Of a DNA stretch of 43,713 bases, positions 1 through 9,068 are shown in pieces. The stretch's first letter is position 1. Each line of letters opens with the position of its first letter. The position numbers and the translations under genes are program-made. Source of the stretch: Neisseria dentiae (lineage in GTDB: Bacteria; Pseudomonadota; Gammaproteobacteria; Burkholderiales; Neisseriaceae); NCBI GenBank assembly GCA_041827905.1, contig JBHALY010000246.1:1-43713 (forward strand). Direction: 5' to 3'. The notes under the pieces are model-generated. The model had not been told where the DNA came from. It was given only the letters and a program-made list of their open reading frames with translations, and ran no database searches.

Positions 1-1587
1 CAAGGCAGCACGGTTGAAACGCTGAAGCTGCCGAGTTTTGAGGGACCCGAGCTGCCCAAGCTGACTGCTCCCGGCGGCTATATCGCCGATATTCCCAAAG
101 GCAACCTCAAAGCCGAAATCGAAAAGCTGGCCAAACAGCCCGAGTATGCCTATCTGAAAAAACTTCAGACGGCCAAAAATGTCGATTGGCAACAGGTGCA
201 GCTCGCCTACGACAAATGGGACTATAAACAGGAAGGCTTAACCGGAGCAGGAGCCGCGATTATCGCCCTGGCGGTAGCGGCGGTAACCGGGGGAGTCGGT
301 GCCGGTTTGATTGGCGCAGCACAGGGAACCACATCTGCCGCTCTAGCCAACGCGGCATTCACTTCGCTGGCCACCCAAGCGTCCATTTCCCTGATCAACA
401 ACAAAGGCAATATCGGTAAAACCCTGAAAGAGCTGGGCAGAAGCCGCACGGTGAAAAACATAGTAGTTGCCGCCGCCACCGCAGGCGTATCCAACAAAAT
501 CGGTGCTTCCGCACTGGCCAATGTCAGCGATACCCAATGGGTCAACAACATGACCGTGAACCTGGCCGATGCCGGCAGCGCCGCGTTGATTACTACGGCG
601 GTAAACGGCGGCAGCCTGAAAGACAATCTGGAAGCGAATATCCTTGCGGCTTTGGTGAATACCGCACACGGAGAGGCGGCCAGTAAGATCAAAGGGCTGG
701 ATCAGCACTACATTGCCCATAAGATTGCCCATGCCGTAGCGGGCTGTGCGGCAGCGGCTGCGAATAAGGGCAAGTGTCAGGACGGCGCGATTGGTGCGGC
801 CGTGGGGGAGATTGTCGGGGAGGCTTTGGTTAAGAATACCGATTTCAGCGGTATGACTGCTTCTGAAATTGAAAAAGTTAAAGCAAATATTACTGCGTAT
901 GCAAAATTGGCAGCCGGAGCGACTGTAGGTGTTACCGGAGGCAATGTTGATGTGGCGGCAAATGCTTCCGAAACAGCTGTTAAAAATAATGCGTTAGATA
1001 TTATTTGGGATATCGGCAACCTCGTATGGGACGGCGGTAAATGGATTTACGCCAAATCTATTGGCGATAAGCAGATGGCTCGAGAAGCAGCGATTGATTT
1101 TGGTGTAGATGCCGCTGCAGCTGCTGTTCCCTTTGTTCCGGCAGGAGTGACTAAAATCAGCCGCGGCGGAGCTTATGTTCTGAAGGCGGGAGACGAAGCA
1201 GTTGATACGGTTAAGGCCATACAGGAAATTCAGAAGCAGACCGGAATCAAGCTTACTTATGATAAGGTTAATAAGGTTTGGACAACACCGGCGGGATTGG
1301 ATTATGGACTACATCGAAAGGATGGAAATAGGATCAAACATGTTTTAAAGCATACTGTTCCTAATCCTAAAAAACCTAAACATACAGTTTTTGCAGTATC
1401 AAGAAAAGAAGTATTGCCATTAATTGACGAAGCGTGGAAAAAGAAAGGGGCACCATTAACTAATGACTCTGCAGCGTATATAGTAGATATGGGGAGAGTA
1501 ATCGGCAAGGATGGAGAAACCAAAATACGTATTGCTGTTGAGGCCAAAGGAAGTAATCGTATAGCTTCCGCTTATCCGCAAAAGTAA
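1..1587 (+). CDS. TpsA/CdiA-family polymorphic toxin, C-terminal part (5'-truncated by window; could be tpsA itself or a tpsC cassette)
   Basis: Frame is open from base 1 (QGSTVETLKLPSFEGP...) to the stop at 1587. Ala/Gly-rich DUF637-like region, HKIAHAVAGC motif, VENN-like AVKNN, then a basic variable C-terminal toxin domain (HVLKH...HTVF...IASAYP). Confidence 0.85.
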   Translation, partial: QGSTVETLKLPSFEGPELPKLTAPGGYIADIPKGNLKAEIEKLAKQPEYAYLKKLQTAKNVDWQQVQLAYDKWDYKQEGLTGAGAAIIALAVAAVTGGVGAGLIGAAQGTTSAALANAAFTSLATQASISLINNKGNIGKTLKELGRSRTVKNIVVAAATAGVSNKIGASALANVSDTQWVNNMTVNLADAGSAALITTAVNGGSLKDNLEANILAALVNTAHGEAASKIKGLDQHYIAHKIAHAVAGCAAAAANKGKCQDGAIGAAVGEIVGEALVKNTDFSGMTASEIEKVKANITAYAKLAAGATVGVTGGNVDVAANASETAVKNNALDIIWDIGNLVWDGGKWIYAKSIGDKQMAREAAIDFGVDAAAAAVPFVPAGVTKISRGGAYVLKAGDEAVDTVKAIQEIQKQTGIKLTYDKVNKVWTTPAGLDYGLHRKDGNRIKHVLKHTVPNPKKPKHTVFAVSRKEVLPLIDEAWKKKGAPLTNDSAAYIVDMGRVIGKDGETKIRIAVEAKGSNRIASAYPQK

Positions 1588-1596
1588 GGAAAGTAA

Positions 1597-1863
1597 ATGA
1601 ACAAACAAATTAGAATTTGCCCACGATGTGAGCAAGGTTACCTTTATCACGCAAAACCAAAGTATTTTCATGAAAAAATTATACTTTGTGATGAATGTGA
1701 TGCTATGTGGCTTAAAAACATGAAAATTTTTTATGGTGAATATGACAAAGATTTTTATACATATGTTTCTTTTATGGAATCTCAAGGAGTAACGGGAGAA
1801 AAAATTTGGGAAGGGGAGCTATTTGATCACCCATATTATGAGGATGAAAATTTAAATAATTGA
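1597..1863 (+). CDS. Putative CDI immunity protein with two CxxC pairs
   Basis: Small acidic AT-rich ORF directly after the toxin; AAGGA RBS; CPRC...CDEC. Confidence 0.75.
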   Translation: MNKQIRICPRCEQGYLYHAKPKYFHEKIILCDECDAMWLKNMKIFYGEYDKDFYTYVSFMESQGVTGEKIWEGELFDHPYYEDENLNN

Positions 1864-2003
1864 TTTCCTTCTCCCCGAATTTAGGAAATATGATGATATT
1901 TTAAACCCAAATATTATTTAAGGCAGCAATAGGCCGTCTGAATATCCATTTTTCAGACGGCCTCAATGCAACTGCCGGCAGCCGAAGGCATTCACCAATA
2001 CCA
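1851..2003 (+). repeat. Inter-cassette linker repeat copy 1 (~153 bp), with DUS hairpin and cassette start
   Basis: Nearly identical to 2495-2647. Contains AGGCCGTCTGAA..TTCAGACGGCCT and ATGCAACTG..GCAGCCGAAGGCATTCACCAA. Confidence 0.9.
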
Positions 2004-2229
2004 AAAAAGCAATTCATTCGTTGTTTAATGTGCCCAAAAAGAAGTATTGCCATTAATTGATGACGCATGGAAAAAAAGAGGAAGTCCTATCAGTCAAGGA
2101 AACAAGGATGTTTTTCACATTGATATGGGTAGAACCATAGGGCAAAACGGAGAGCGGCATATTAAAATCGTAGTTGATAAAAACTCTGCGAGAGTGATAA
2201 CAGCACACCCGTTTAATCTCAAAAAATGA
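1966..2229 (+). pseudogene. Collapsed/frameshifted orphan toxin tip, paralog of the 1-1587 C-terminal toxin
   Basis: Cassette start MQLPAAEGIHQ is joined out of frame to TKKAIHSLFNVPK|KEVLPLIDDAWKKRG...DMGRTIG...ITAHP. This aligns with PKKPKHTVFAVSRKEVLPLIDEAWKKKG...DMGRVIG...IASAYP. One base is missing in the A-run at 2036-2040. Confidence 0.8.
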
Positions 2230-2507
2230 AAGAAAGTAGGAATAGAAATATGACTAATTACAAAATATGCCCTATTTGTGAAAGTGATTGTATATATTAT
2301 TATACGATTCCACAAAATAAACAAAGCGTTAAGATATGCTGGGAATGCGATAGCATGTGGTTAAATCAAGAAAAGGTTGGTATTGAAAATTCTTTAGATT
2401 ATGCAACTTATCTTACCCAGCAAGAAATATCACCGACTTGGGGGAGCGAATTAAAAAATATTTATGAATTTCCTGTTTTCTTAGACGACGAAAGTTTAAA
2501 TAATTGA
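2226..2507 (+). CDS. Putative CDI immunity protein, paralog of 1597-1863 (start may be 2250)
   Basis: CPIC...CWEC, xMWL motif and a DESLNN end like the first immunity ORF; overlaps the stop of the toxin remnant. Confidence 0.75.
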   Translation: MKESRNRNMTNYKICPICESDCIYYYTIPQNKQSVKICWECDSMWLNQEKVGIENSLDYATYLTQQEISPTWGSELKNIYEFPVFLDDESLNN

Positions 2508-2647
2508 TTTTTTATTCCCCGAATTTGGGAAATATGATGATATTTTAAACCCAAATATTATTTAAAGCAGCAATAGGCCGTCTGAATATCCATTTTTCAG
2601 ACGGCCTCAATGCAACTGTCGGCAGCCGAAGGCATTCACCAACACCA
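2495..2647 (+). repeat. Inter-cassette linker repeat copy 2
   Basis: Nearly identical to 1851-2003. Confidence 0.9.
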
Positions 2648-4775
2648 ATTGAATGTTCAGAAAAGTACCCGTTTCATCGGCATCAAAGTGGGGAAAAGCA
2701 ATTACAGCAAAAACGAGCTGAACGAAACCAAACTGCCCGTGCGCGTTATCGCCCAAACAGCCAAAACCCGTTCAGGCTGGGATACCATACTCGAAGGCAC
2801 CGAATTCAAAACCACCCTGGCCGGAGCCGACATACAGGCAGGCGTGGGCGAAAAAGCCCGTGCCGATGCGAAAATTATCCTCAAAGGCATCGTTAACCGC
2901 ATCCAAACCGAAGAAAAGTTGGAATCCAACTCAACTATTTGGCAAAAGCAGGCCGGCCAAGGCAGCACGGTTGAAACGCTGAAGCTGCCGAGTTTTGAGG
3001 GACCCGAGCTGCCCAAGCTGACTGCTCCCGGCGGCTATATCGCCGATATTCCCAAAGGCAACCTCAAAGCCGAAATCGAAAAGCTAGCCAAACAGCCCGA
3101 GTATGCCTATCTGAAACAGCTTCAGACGGCCAAGAACGTTGATTGGAAAAAAGTCAATCTTGCCTACAACAAGTGGGATTATAAATCCGAAGGTATGACC
3201 CCTGCCGCAGCAGCGGTAGTGGTTATCGTCGTTACCGTACTGACTTACGGAGCCATGTCGGGAGCGGCGGCCGGAACGGCAGGAGCCACCGGAGCAGGTG
3301 CAGGCGGTGCGGCTGCCGGCACGGCTGCCGGAACCGGGGCGGCTGCAGGTAGTGCGGCAGCAGGCTCTTCGGCAGCAGCCATCGGCGCGGCTGCGGGCAA
3401 AGCCGCATTGGCCAGTCTCGCCAGTCAGGCTGCTGTTGCTTTGATAAACAATAAAGGTAATCTGGAAAACACCCTGAAAGAACTGGGCAAAAGCAGCACG
3501 GTCAAACAGATTGCCACCGCAGCCGTTACTGCGGGGGTTTTGCAGGGCATAGGCGGGTTCAATACCGAAGTTGCCAAAGCCGTTTCCGAACAATTCGGCA
3601 ATCCCGTAGCAGGTAAGCTGACCGCCAATCTGATTAATACGACAGCCGCCGCGAGTGTCGGTACTGCCATCAACGGGGGCAGTTTGAAGGACAATCTCGG
3701 TAATGCGGCTTTAGGCGCATTGGTAACAACCGCCCACGGAGAAATCGCCAGCAAAATCAAAGTTAATATCAGCGAAGACTATGTCGCCCACAAAATTGCC
3801 CATGCCGTAGCGGGTTGTGCAGCCGCAGCTGCAGCAAACCAGGGAAAATGCCGTGACGGAGCAATAGGAGCGGCAGTTGGTGAGATGGTTGGCGAAGCGA
3901 TGTTGGGCGGGCGTGATGTGAATACGCTCTCGGCCAAGGAGCGGCAGAAAATCATCGGCTACTCGCAAATCATAGCGGGCAGTACTGTGGCATTGGTTAA
4001 AGGTGATGTGAATACGGCTGCCAATGCGGCTGCTGTGGCGGTGGAAAGTAATGCGTTGAGCAATTTTGAAATCGTTGAAATAGGCAAACGTGTTGATAAA
4101 GAATGTAATCAAGGTAACAATGTTGAATGCAGAAATAAAATTATTGCAGAAGCAGTAAACAAAAGCGATCAACGCAGTAAGCTGACCAAACAAGATATTG
4201 CGGATATTACTGCTGTTCAAAACAAATATGCGGCAGAAGCATTCTCCATTTGCAAGGGAAATAGTGCTTGCGCCACATTTGTAGGTAATAAGTTCACATA
4301 TGCCAGATTGCATTGTGAATCATCAGGTTGTATGGCAAATATTGCCCAGTCAATTATTCGGGAGACATCCAGCCGCTATGGTTCAGTTTGGGATACTGCC
4401 AGTCGTGTGTTTGAGGACTTTAGTACTGTTTTGCCGACCATAAAGGCCGTTCCCTTTAACTTCAAAAATAATCAATTGTTGACTGATCATTTTAGGCGGC
4501 ATGGTTCAGAATTTGGAGCAAAAACAGCAAATGATTATTTAGCTATTGGAAGAGATGTAATGAGAACCGGCACTCGTGTTAAATATCAGTATCGTGGAGA
4601 ACTTACTACTGGATATGTGAAATTTATAGGAAATAATCAAAAAGGTGAAGCCAAATTTGCATTTGTAGGAACTAATAATCAAGGAGTTATTACAACAATT
4701 CATGTCAAAACAGGAAATGATTTTTGGAAAACAATTAATGGAAACCCTTCTGAAAAAATAATCTATCCGAGGTAA
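2610..4775 (+). CDS. tpsC: TpsC-type orphan toxin cassette (N-terminally truncated TpsA/CdiA with alternative C-terminal toxin, probable nuclease)
   Basis: No signal peptide or TPS domain. Shares the QGSTVETLKLP...KWDYK block with ORF1 (2958-3133 is near-identical to 1-176). DUF637-like region, VENN-like AVESN, C-terminal HFRRHGSEFG...Y...GVITTIH domain. Confidence 0.8.
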   Translation: MQLSAAEGIHQHQLNVQKSTRFIGIKVGKSNYSKNELNETKLPVRVIAQTAKTRSGWDTILEGTEFKTTLAGADIQAGVGEKARADAKIILKGIVNRIQTEEKLESNSTIWQKQAGQGSTVETLKLPSFEGPELPKLTAPGGYIADIPKGNLKAEIEKLAKQPEYAYLKQLQTAKNVDWKKVNLAYNKWDYKSEGMTPAAAAVVVIVVTVLTYGAMSGAAAGTAGATGAGAGGAAAGTAAGTGAAAGSAAAGSSAAAIGAAAGKAALASLASQAAVALINNKGNLENTLKELGKSSTVKQIATAAVTAGVLQGIGGFNTEVAKAVSEQFGNPVAGKLTANLINTTAAASVGTAINGGSLKDNLGNAALGALVTTAHGEIASKIKVNISEDYVAHKIAHAVAGCAAAAAANQGKCRDGAIGAAVGEMVGEAMLGGRDVNTLSAKERQKIIGYSQIIAGSTVALVKGDVNTAANAAAVAVESNALSNFEIVEIGKRVDKECNQGNNVECRNKIIAEAVNKSDQRSKLTKQDIADITAVQNKYAAEAFSICKGNSACATFVGNKFTYARLHCESSGCMANIAQSIIRETSSRYGSVWDTASRVFEDFSTVLPTIKAVPFNFKNNQLLTDHFRRHGSEFGAKTANDYLAIGRDVMRTGTRVKYQYRGELTTGYVKFIGNNQKGEAKFAFVGTNNQGVITTIHVKTGNDFWKTINGNPSEKIIYPR

Positions 4776-4779
4776 ATTT

Positions 4780-5178
4780 ATGTATTATTTAGGATTTTTA
4801 GAAAAATTTGATCCGTGCTATGAAAATTATGGAGAATTTCTCATAAACGGTAATAGGTTGTATTGTTTTATATCCTATGCTCCAAATTATTTTGAGGAAT
4901 CTCAGTATTATGAAGTGGAAATAAATTATCAGATATTTAATAACTATATGGTTAGAAGATATAATGATAGTGACTTAAATTTTATTCCTTTTGTTAGAAA
5001 AGATGACTCGCTCAAATATTCTTTAACAGGTATTTTTCATAATGATACTTTTTGTGTTAATAACATTTCTTTCAAGGATGAAGAGCTTTTAAAGCTGTTC
5101 CCTCATTTGGAGGGAGAGCTGATAACATTAGAAGTTGATAGGCTTGATATTGGCCTTTGGGCAAGCAAGAAAACGTAG
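4780..5178 (+). CDS. Putative CDI immunity protein for the 2610-4775 toxin
   Basis: Small acidic, aromatic-rich, AT-rich ORF 4 nt after the toxin stop; GAGG RBS. Confidence 0.7.
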   Translation: MYYLGFLEKFDPCYENYGEFLINGNRLYCFISYAPNYFEESQYYEVEINYQIFNNYMVRRYNDSDLNFIPFVRKDDSLKYSLTGIFHNDTFCVNNISFKDEELLKLFPHLEGELITLEVDRLDIGLWASKKT

Positions 5179-5213
5179 AGTCGGCACTTGCTGTCCACAC
5201 AACTTAATGTATA

Positions 5214-5959
5214 GGGGCTTAGAAAGCAAAATCACCAAATATAGTGATAAGCTTCTGAAATGAAATTAAAAAACAAGTATCAAAAGTTCAGTAAAATTAC
5301 CGAGCTCAAATTCCGTCAGATTCTGCGGCTTTTCGCCTTCGATTTGACCGCTTCCGATACCGCCAAACTGACTGGAATCAGTGTCAGAAGCATCAACAGC
5401 CTGTACCTGAAGTTGCGCCGGCGTTTGGCTGACGAATGCGAACAGCACACGCCTTTCTACGGCATCGTAGAATTAGACGAATCCTACTTCGGTGCAAAGC
5501 GCATCCGAGGTAAACGCGGGCGCGGAGCGGGCGGTAAAACCATCGTTTTCGGCATCCTCAAACGAGGCGACAAGGTTTATACCGAAATCGTTCCCGATGC
5601 TTCCAAAGCAACGCTGCAAAAGGTTATCCGAGGCCGTATCACGGTCGAGAGTGTGATCAATACCGACGGCTGGCGGGGCTATCAGGGATTGGTCGACATG
5701 GGTTTTGCCAAACATTTCAGAGTGCATCACGGCGACAATGAGTTTGCTCGAGGTATGCAACATATCAACGGTATCGAATCCTTTTGGAGCTATGCCAAGC
5801 ATCGTTTGGTACAATTTAACGGAGTGCCGAAGCATACCTTTTACCTGCATTTAAAAGAAACCGAGTTCCGCTTCAACCACCGACATGATGATCTGTATAA
5901 AGTGCTATTGAAAATGTTGCGGAAAGACCCTTTAAAATGAATTTTGCTTCCTAAGCCCC
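5214..5959 (+). mobile_element. IS1595-family (IS1016-group) insertion sequence, complete
   Basis: Terminal inverted repeats GGGGCTTAGAAAGCAAAAT and ATTTTGCTTCCTAAGCCCC flank a DDE transposase. No target-site duplication visible. Confidence 0.9.
5260..5940 (+). CDS. IS1595-family transposase
   Basis: ELDESYFG...RGRGAGGKTIVFGILKR, TDGWRGY, HINGIESFWSYAK, LKETEFRFN motifs. Confidence 0.93.
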   Translation: MKLKNKYQKFSKITELKFRQILRLFAFDLTASDTAKLTGISVRSINSLYLKLRRRLADECEQHTPFYGIVELDESYFGAKRIRGKRGRGAGGKTIVFGILKRGDKVYTEIVPDASKATLQKVIRGRITVESVINTDGWRGYQGLVDMGFAKHFRVHHGDNEFARGMQHINGIESFWSYAKHRLVQFNGVPKHTFYLHLKETEFRFNHRHDDLYKVLLKMLRKDPLK

Positions 5960-6116
5960 TTTTGTTTACACCAACCAGTTCGGCAGCTGTCCGTGCTGTA
6001 ACGCCTGCTACAAATAGTTTGATGAGTTTGTTTTGTTTGTAGTGGCTTAAACGGCTTTTTCTCATAGGGATTATTCTAACTGAATTTGAATTTCGCTAGT
6101 TATCTAGGACAGCACC
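5960..6116 (-). mobile_element. Truncated IS1016 (one end plus first 35 codons of the transposase)
   Basis: Minus strand reads GGTGCTGTCCTAGATAACTAG (IS1016-like end), then MRKSRLSHYKQNKLIKLFVAGVTARTAAELVGVNK, cut at the right end of the first IS. Confidence 0.85.
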
Positions 6117-8186
6117 CCTATTTTTTATTGCCCTGAGACCTTTTAATATCAAGTGTATGCTCTCATCTACAAAAGGTGAGTTCATAAGGCTTTGATAATC
6201 CTCTATTGATAATCCCGCCCTTGCTGCCAACAAGGTAAGATCGATGTTTTCGACTAAATCCCTGATTTTTTGATAATCTGCATGATGCCCCAGTCGCTTT
6301 GCTATATTTTGAAGCTCTTCATAACCACTATTATGGGTTGTTTGCCAATTGTCAGTAAAATCATCTGTAATTTTCTTTTCATTGATAGAGTTGCATAATA
6401 ATTTAACCAAGCCTCCTAATCCACCGACAAGGTATATAGGCTTATGACTTTCGTAGGCTATGATGAACTCTTCCAATAAACCGGGCATTTTTCCTAGGTA
6501 GTTTTCCAGTTTGCCACCGGCCAATATTCTCACATCTGACGATGCAACAGATTGTTGTCGCATTTTAGTTAAGCATCGGGACCAAATATATCTATTCTCA
6601 GGACAGTTGGGTTCCAGAAAAGAATCTGGATTTGAAATTGAATCTCTAATATCAGCTGGTATTGCAACTTTATGTGGCTTAACCACGGCACTATAATTTG
6701 CATACCATCTCATATTTTCTTTTTTGGTATGAAGTGGCCAAGCTAGGTAGTTTTCTACATATAATTGATCTACCTGTAATCTATCTCTCAGGACAGTTGC
6801 CTCTTCGAGAATGAATTGAGTAAACCCGTCATCTCTTAAATCTCCGCCATAAATTAACTTATTATTTCTGGCTAATAAATGACGTACGAGTGATTGAGAA
6901 AAACGCTTTAATTCATCTATATTCTGATTATGGCGTTCGTAGCCGTCTGGGGAGTAATCGGATATGGATAAACCAATTCGCATATTTAACTCATTATCTT
7001 TGCTAGACCATAACGGCGTAGATACTGTTAATTTGAAATAATCGGTCCAATCAGTTTCTTCCTTATAGAGAGGCGGCTCTGGATAACAAATGGTTAATTC
7101 AGATATTTTTTCATCATTGTTTCGAACAAGGTCAACAATTTGTTGAATTTCAGGTGGTCTGGCGAATATTTGTGCAGACTTATCAATCCAACCTTGGTTT
7201 TGATAGTACTTAAGCAGTTTGTGAGCATGTCTAAAGCGTATTGTTTCCAATAATGCTGCAATTAAGATGCGCAAAATATTTTTTTCATCTAAAGGTTCTG
7301 CGGTTATGTGAACGCATGGAATATTAGATGCCGCAGGAAACACACGGTCTTCATAATGCTCAAGACTATTTACTAAAATAATTGGTCTTCGCTCTCGTTT
7401 TGCACAAAGAATTTCACGTTGGCACCAATAACGTGAAGAATACGCATCGCTAGCAATGGCGATAATGGTAGAATTTTTAATGTGATTTTCTATTTCATTA
7501 TCGAATCTGAAACCGGGTGAAATTTCGTTGGCATCAAAGAAACGCTTCATATTTGAATTATCTAAAAACCGTTTTATGCTTTCGGCGTGCTTTAAACCTG
7601 TATCTCCTTTTTTTGCATGACTTAAAAACAGTTTGATAGATGATTCAATACCAGTATGACTAGGTGCAATATCATTTAAACCATACCGGTACAACTCATG
7701 GGAGAGCATTAGGATGCTGTACTGCTCACTTAAGGGTGAAGAAAGCCAATCAAATGCCCTGATAAAATTTAGGTTCTTTAAACGCCCGGTTAGGGCATGT
7801 TGTTGTCCTTCTCGTTCTATGGCCACAGGAACAATGGCATAGCCTTCATATGCTGGCAAGTTATCTATATAATTTTTCCATGCCTCATTCATTAAGGTAT
7901 TTGTACTCAGAAATAAGAATACTACATCCCGTTGAGCTAATTTGGCAGGAGGAGTGATTGGTGCCAATAGAGGCTGTCGTGTACTATATAAAAATGTGGG
8001 AATGTTCAACTCTCTTGAAAATGGTCGTTCTATGTCACGCGTAAGATAGCGCCTAAACGCGCAAATAACGGGAAAAATTGCATCTTCGTCATCAGGGTGC
8101 CAAATAAAATGAGCGGCTAAAGGCGGTATTATCTGATGTGTCATTTGATATTTATCCTTAAAAAAAATGGTTTCGGAAAGGATCAC
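6096..8186 (-). CDS. TIR + SLOG fusion protein (Thoeris-like effector); start may be 8144
   Basis: Central TIR (KLFLSHAK...FFDANEISPG...SSRYWCQREILCAK, catalytic-type Glu). C-terminal SLOG-like domain (IGLSISD, LIYGGDLR, NYLAWP, LTKMR, LAGGK, MPGLLEE, PIYLVGGLGG). AT-rich. Confidence 0.8.
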   Translation of the reverse strand: MILSETIFFKDKYQMTHQIIPPLAAHFIWHPDDEDAIFPVICAFRRYLTRDIERPFSRELNIPTFLYSTRQPLLAPITPPAKLAQRDVVFLFLSTNTLMNEAWKNYIDNLPAYEGYAIVPVAIEREGQQHALTGRLKNLNFIRAFDWLSSPLSEQYSILMLSHELYRYGLNDIAPSHTGIESSIKLFLSHAKKGDTGLKHAESIKRFLDNSNMKRFFDANEISPGFRFDNEIENHIKNSTIIAIASDAYSSRYWCQREILCAKRERRPIILVNSLEHYEDRVFPAASNIPCVHITAEPLDEKNILRILIAALLETIRFRHAHKLLKYYQNQGWIDKSAQIFARPPEIQQIVDLVRNNDEKISELTICYPEPPLYKEETDWTDYFKLTVSTPLWSSKDNELNMRIGLSISDYSPDGYERHNQNIDELKRFSQSLVRHLLARNNKLIYGGDLRDDGFTQFILEEATVLRDRLQVDQLYVENYLAWPLHTKKENMRWYANYSAVVKPHKVAIPADIRDSISNPDSFLEPNCPENRYIWSRCLTKMRQQSVASSDVRILAGGKLENYLGKMPGLLEEFIIAYESHKPIYLVGGLGGLVKLLCNSINEKKITDDFTDNWQTTHNSGYEELQNIAKRLGHHADYQKIRDLVENIDLTLLAARAGLSIEDYQSLMNSPFVDESIHLILKGLRAIKNRGAVLDN

Positions 8187-8219
8187 CTTTCCTTAAACCA
8201 TTTGTTTTAGTTGTTTCAA

Positions 8220-8816
8220 TTATTCCCAATGAGAACTTTGGGTACGATTATTATTGTAATATTGTCTGCGATTATTTGGATTGAAAGAGTTTCTTCTTTG
8301 GAAGGCTTCATGAATCCATTGTTTTAATTGTATTCCTGAATCTAGACGAGAAGTCGGATAAGAATAAATTTTGGCGTAACCAGTAACAATGTTGTCATTC
8401 AATCTTGGAGGTATATTACAAGGGGTATAAATACAGCCATTTTCAGTGTGTTGAGTATCACAATAAAGATGTGGTCTATAATTTGGTAGCAAAATACCAA
8501 TTAATCCAGAACGATTATTTTGATTAGTATTTGTCAAACTGTAACCTATCTCCCAGTCAACATGTTTTCGCCTCCATGTATCAGGCCCAATTAGGATAAT
8601 TGTAACCGTGGAGTCAGAAATATAGTCGTCACGAATTTTTTGGCGTATGGTATCCGTTTTAAAAGTAGGATCTATATCACCATCTTGTACAGAGCGATTT
8701 ACAAAAATTGGATTCATTTCATTGGTAAAATCGCCCTCAAACTTTTTCCTATAATATTCATCGTCATGATGAAAACTAATGAATACTTTGTGTTTTGGCA
8801 CCATATGATTTAGCAT
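8220..8816 (-). CDS. thsB: ThsB-like TIR protein (DUF1863/MTH538 type)
   Basis: HKVFISFHH, IRQKIRDDYISDSTVTIILIGPDTWRRKHVDWEIGYSL, NIPPRL motifs typical of Thoeris ThsB. Confidence 0.8.
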   Translation of the reverse strand: MLNHMVPKHKVFISFHHDDEYYRKKFEGDFTNEMNPIFVNRSVQDGDIDPTFKTDTIRQKIRDDYISDSTVTIILIGPDTWRRKHVDWEIGYSLTNTNQNNRSGLIGILLPNYRPHLYCDTQHTENGCIYTPCNIPPRLNDNIVTGYAKIYSYPTSRLDSGIQLKQWIHEAFQRRNSFNPNNRRQYYNNNRTQSSHWE

Positions 8817-9068
8817 TATCTCTCCATTATCAAATCAAAAGTGAATAGTCATTAGCTAATTATTTGTCTGTATGCGTAAATTTTTAGCATTATTATAATG
8901 CTGGAAATTATATTAGCAACCATAAAAATGTCATTGATATTAAAAAAATAATACCTATTTGATATTAAAAATAAAATTACTCTAAAAATGACTATTGAAC
9001 ACTAGCTTATCCTATTTTAGTTATCGCTGATAAAATATGCCCCGTCTTGAGTGAAAACAGGGCTTTTT

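Noticed and set aside
3255-3410. Gly/Ala repeat tract as a tandem repeat or array
   Set aside because: Ordinary low-complexity GAAAG linker within the toxin cassette.
5841-6065. 74-aa ORF as a real gene
   Set aside because: Chimera of the IS1016 transposase N-terminus reading into the antisense strand of the neighbouring IS.
8817-9068. TTGATATTAAAAA direct repeat (8934, 8959) and TTAGC repeats upstream of thsB as operator sites
   Set aside because: The region is extremely AT-rich, so such matches are expected by chance; no regulator gene nearby.
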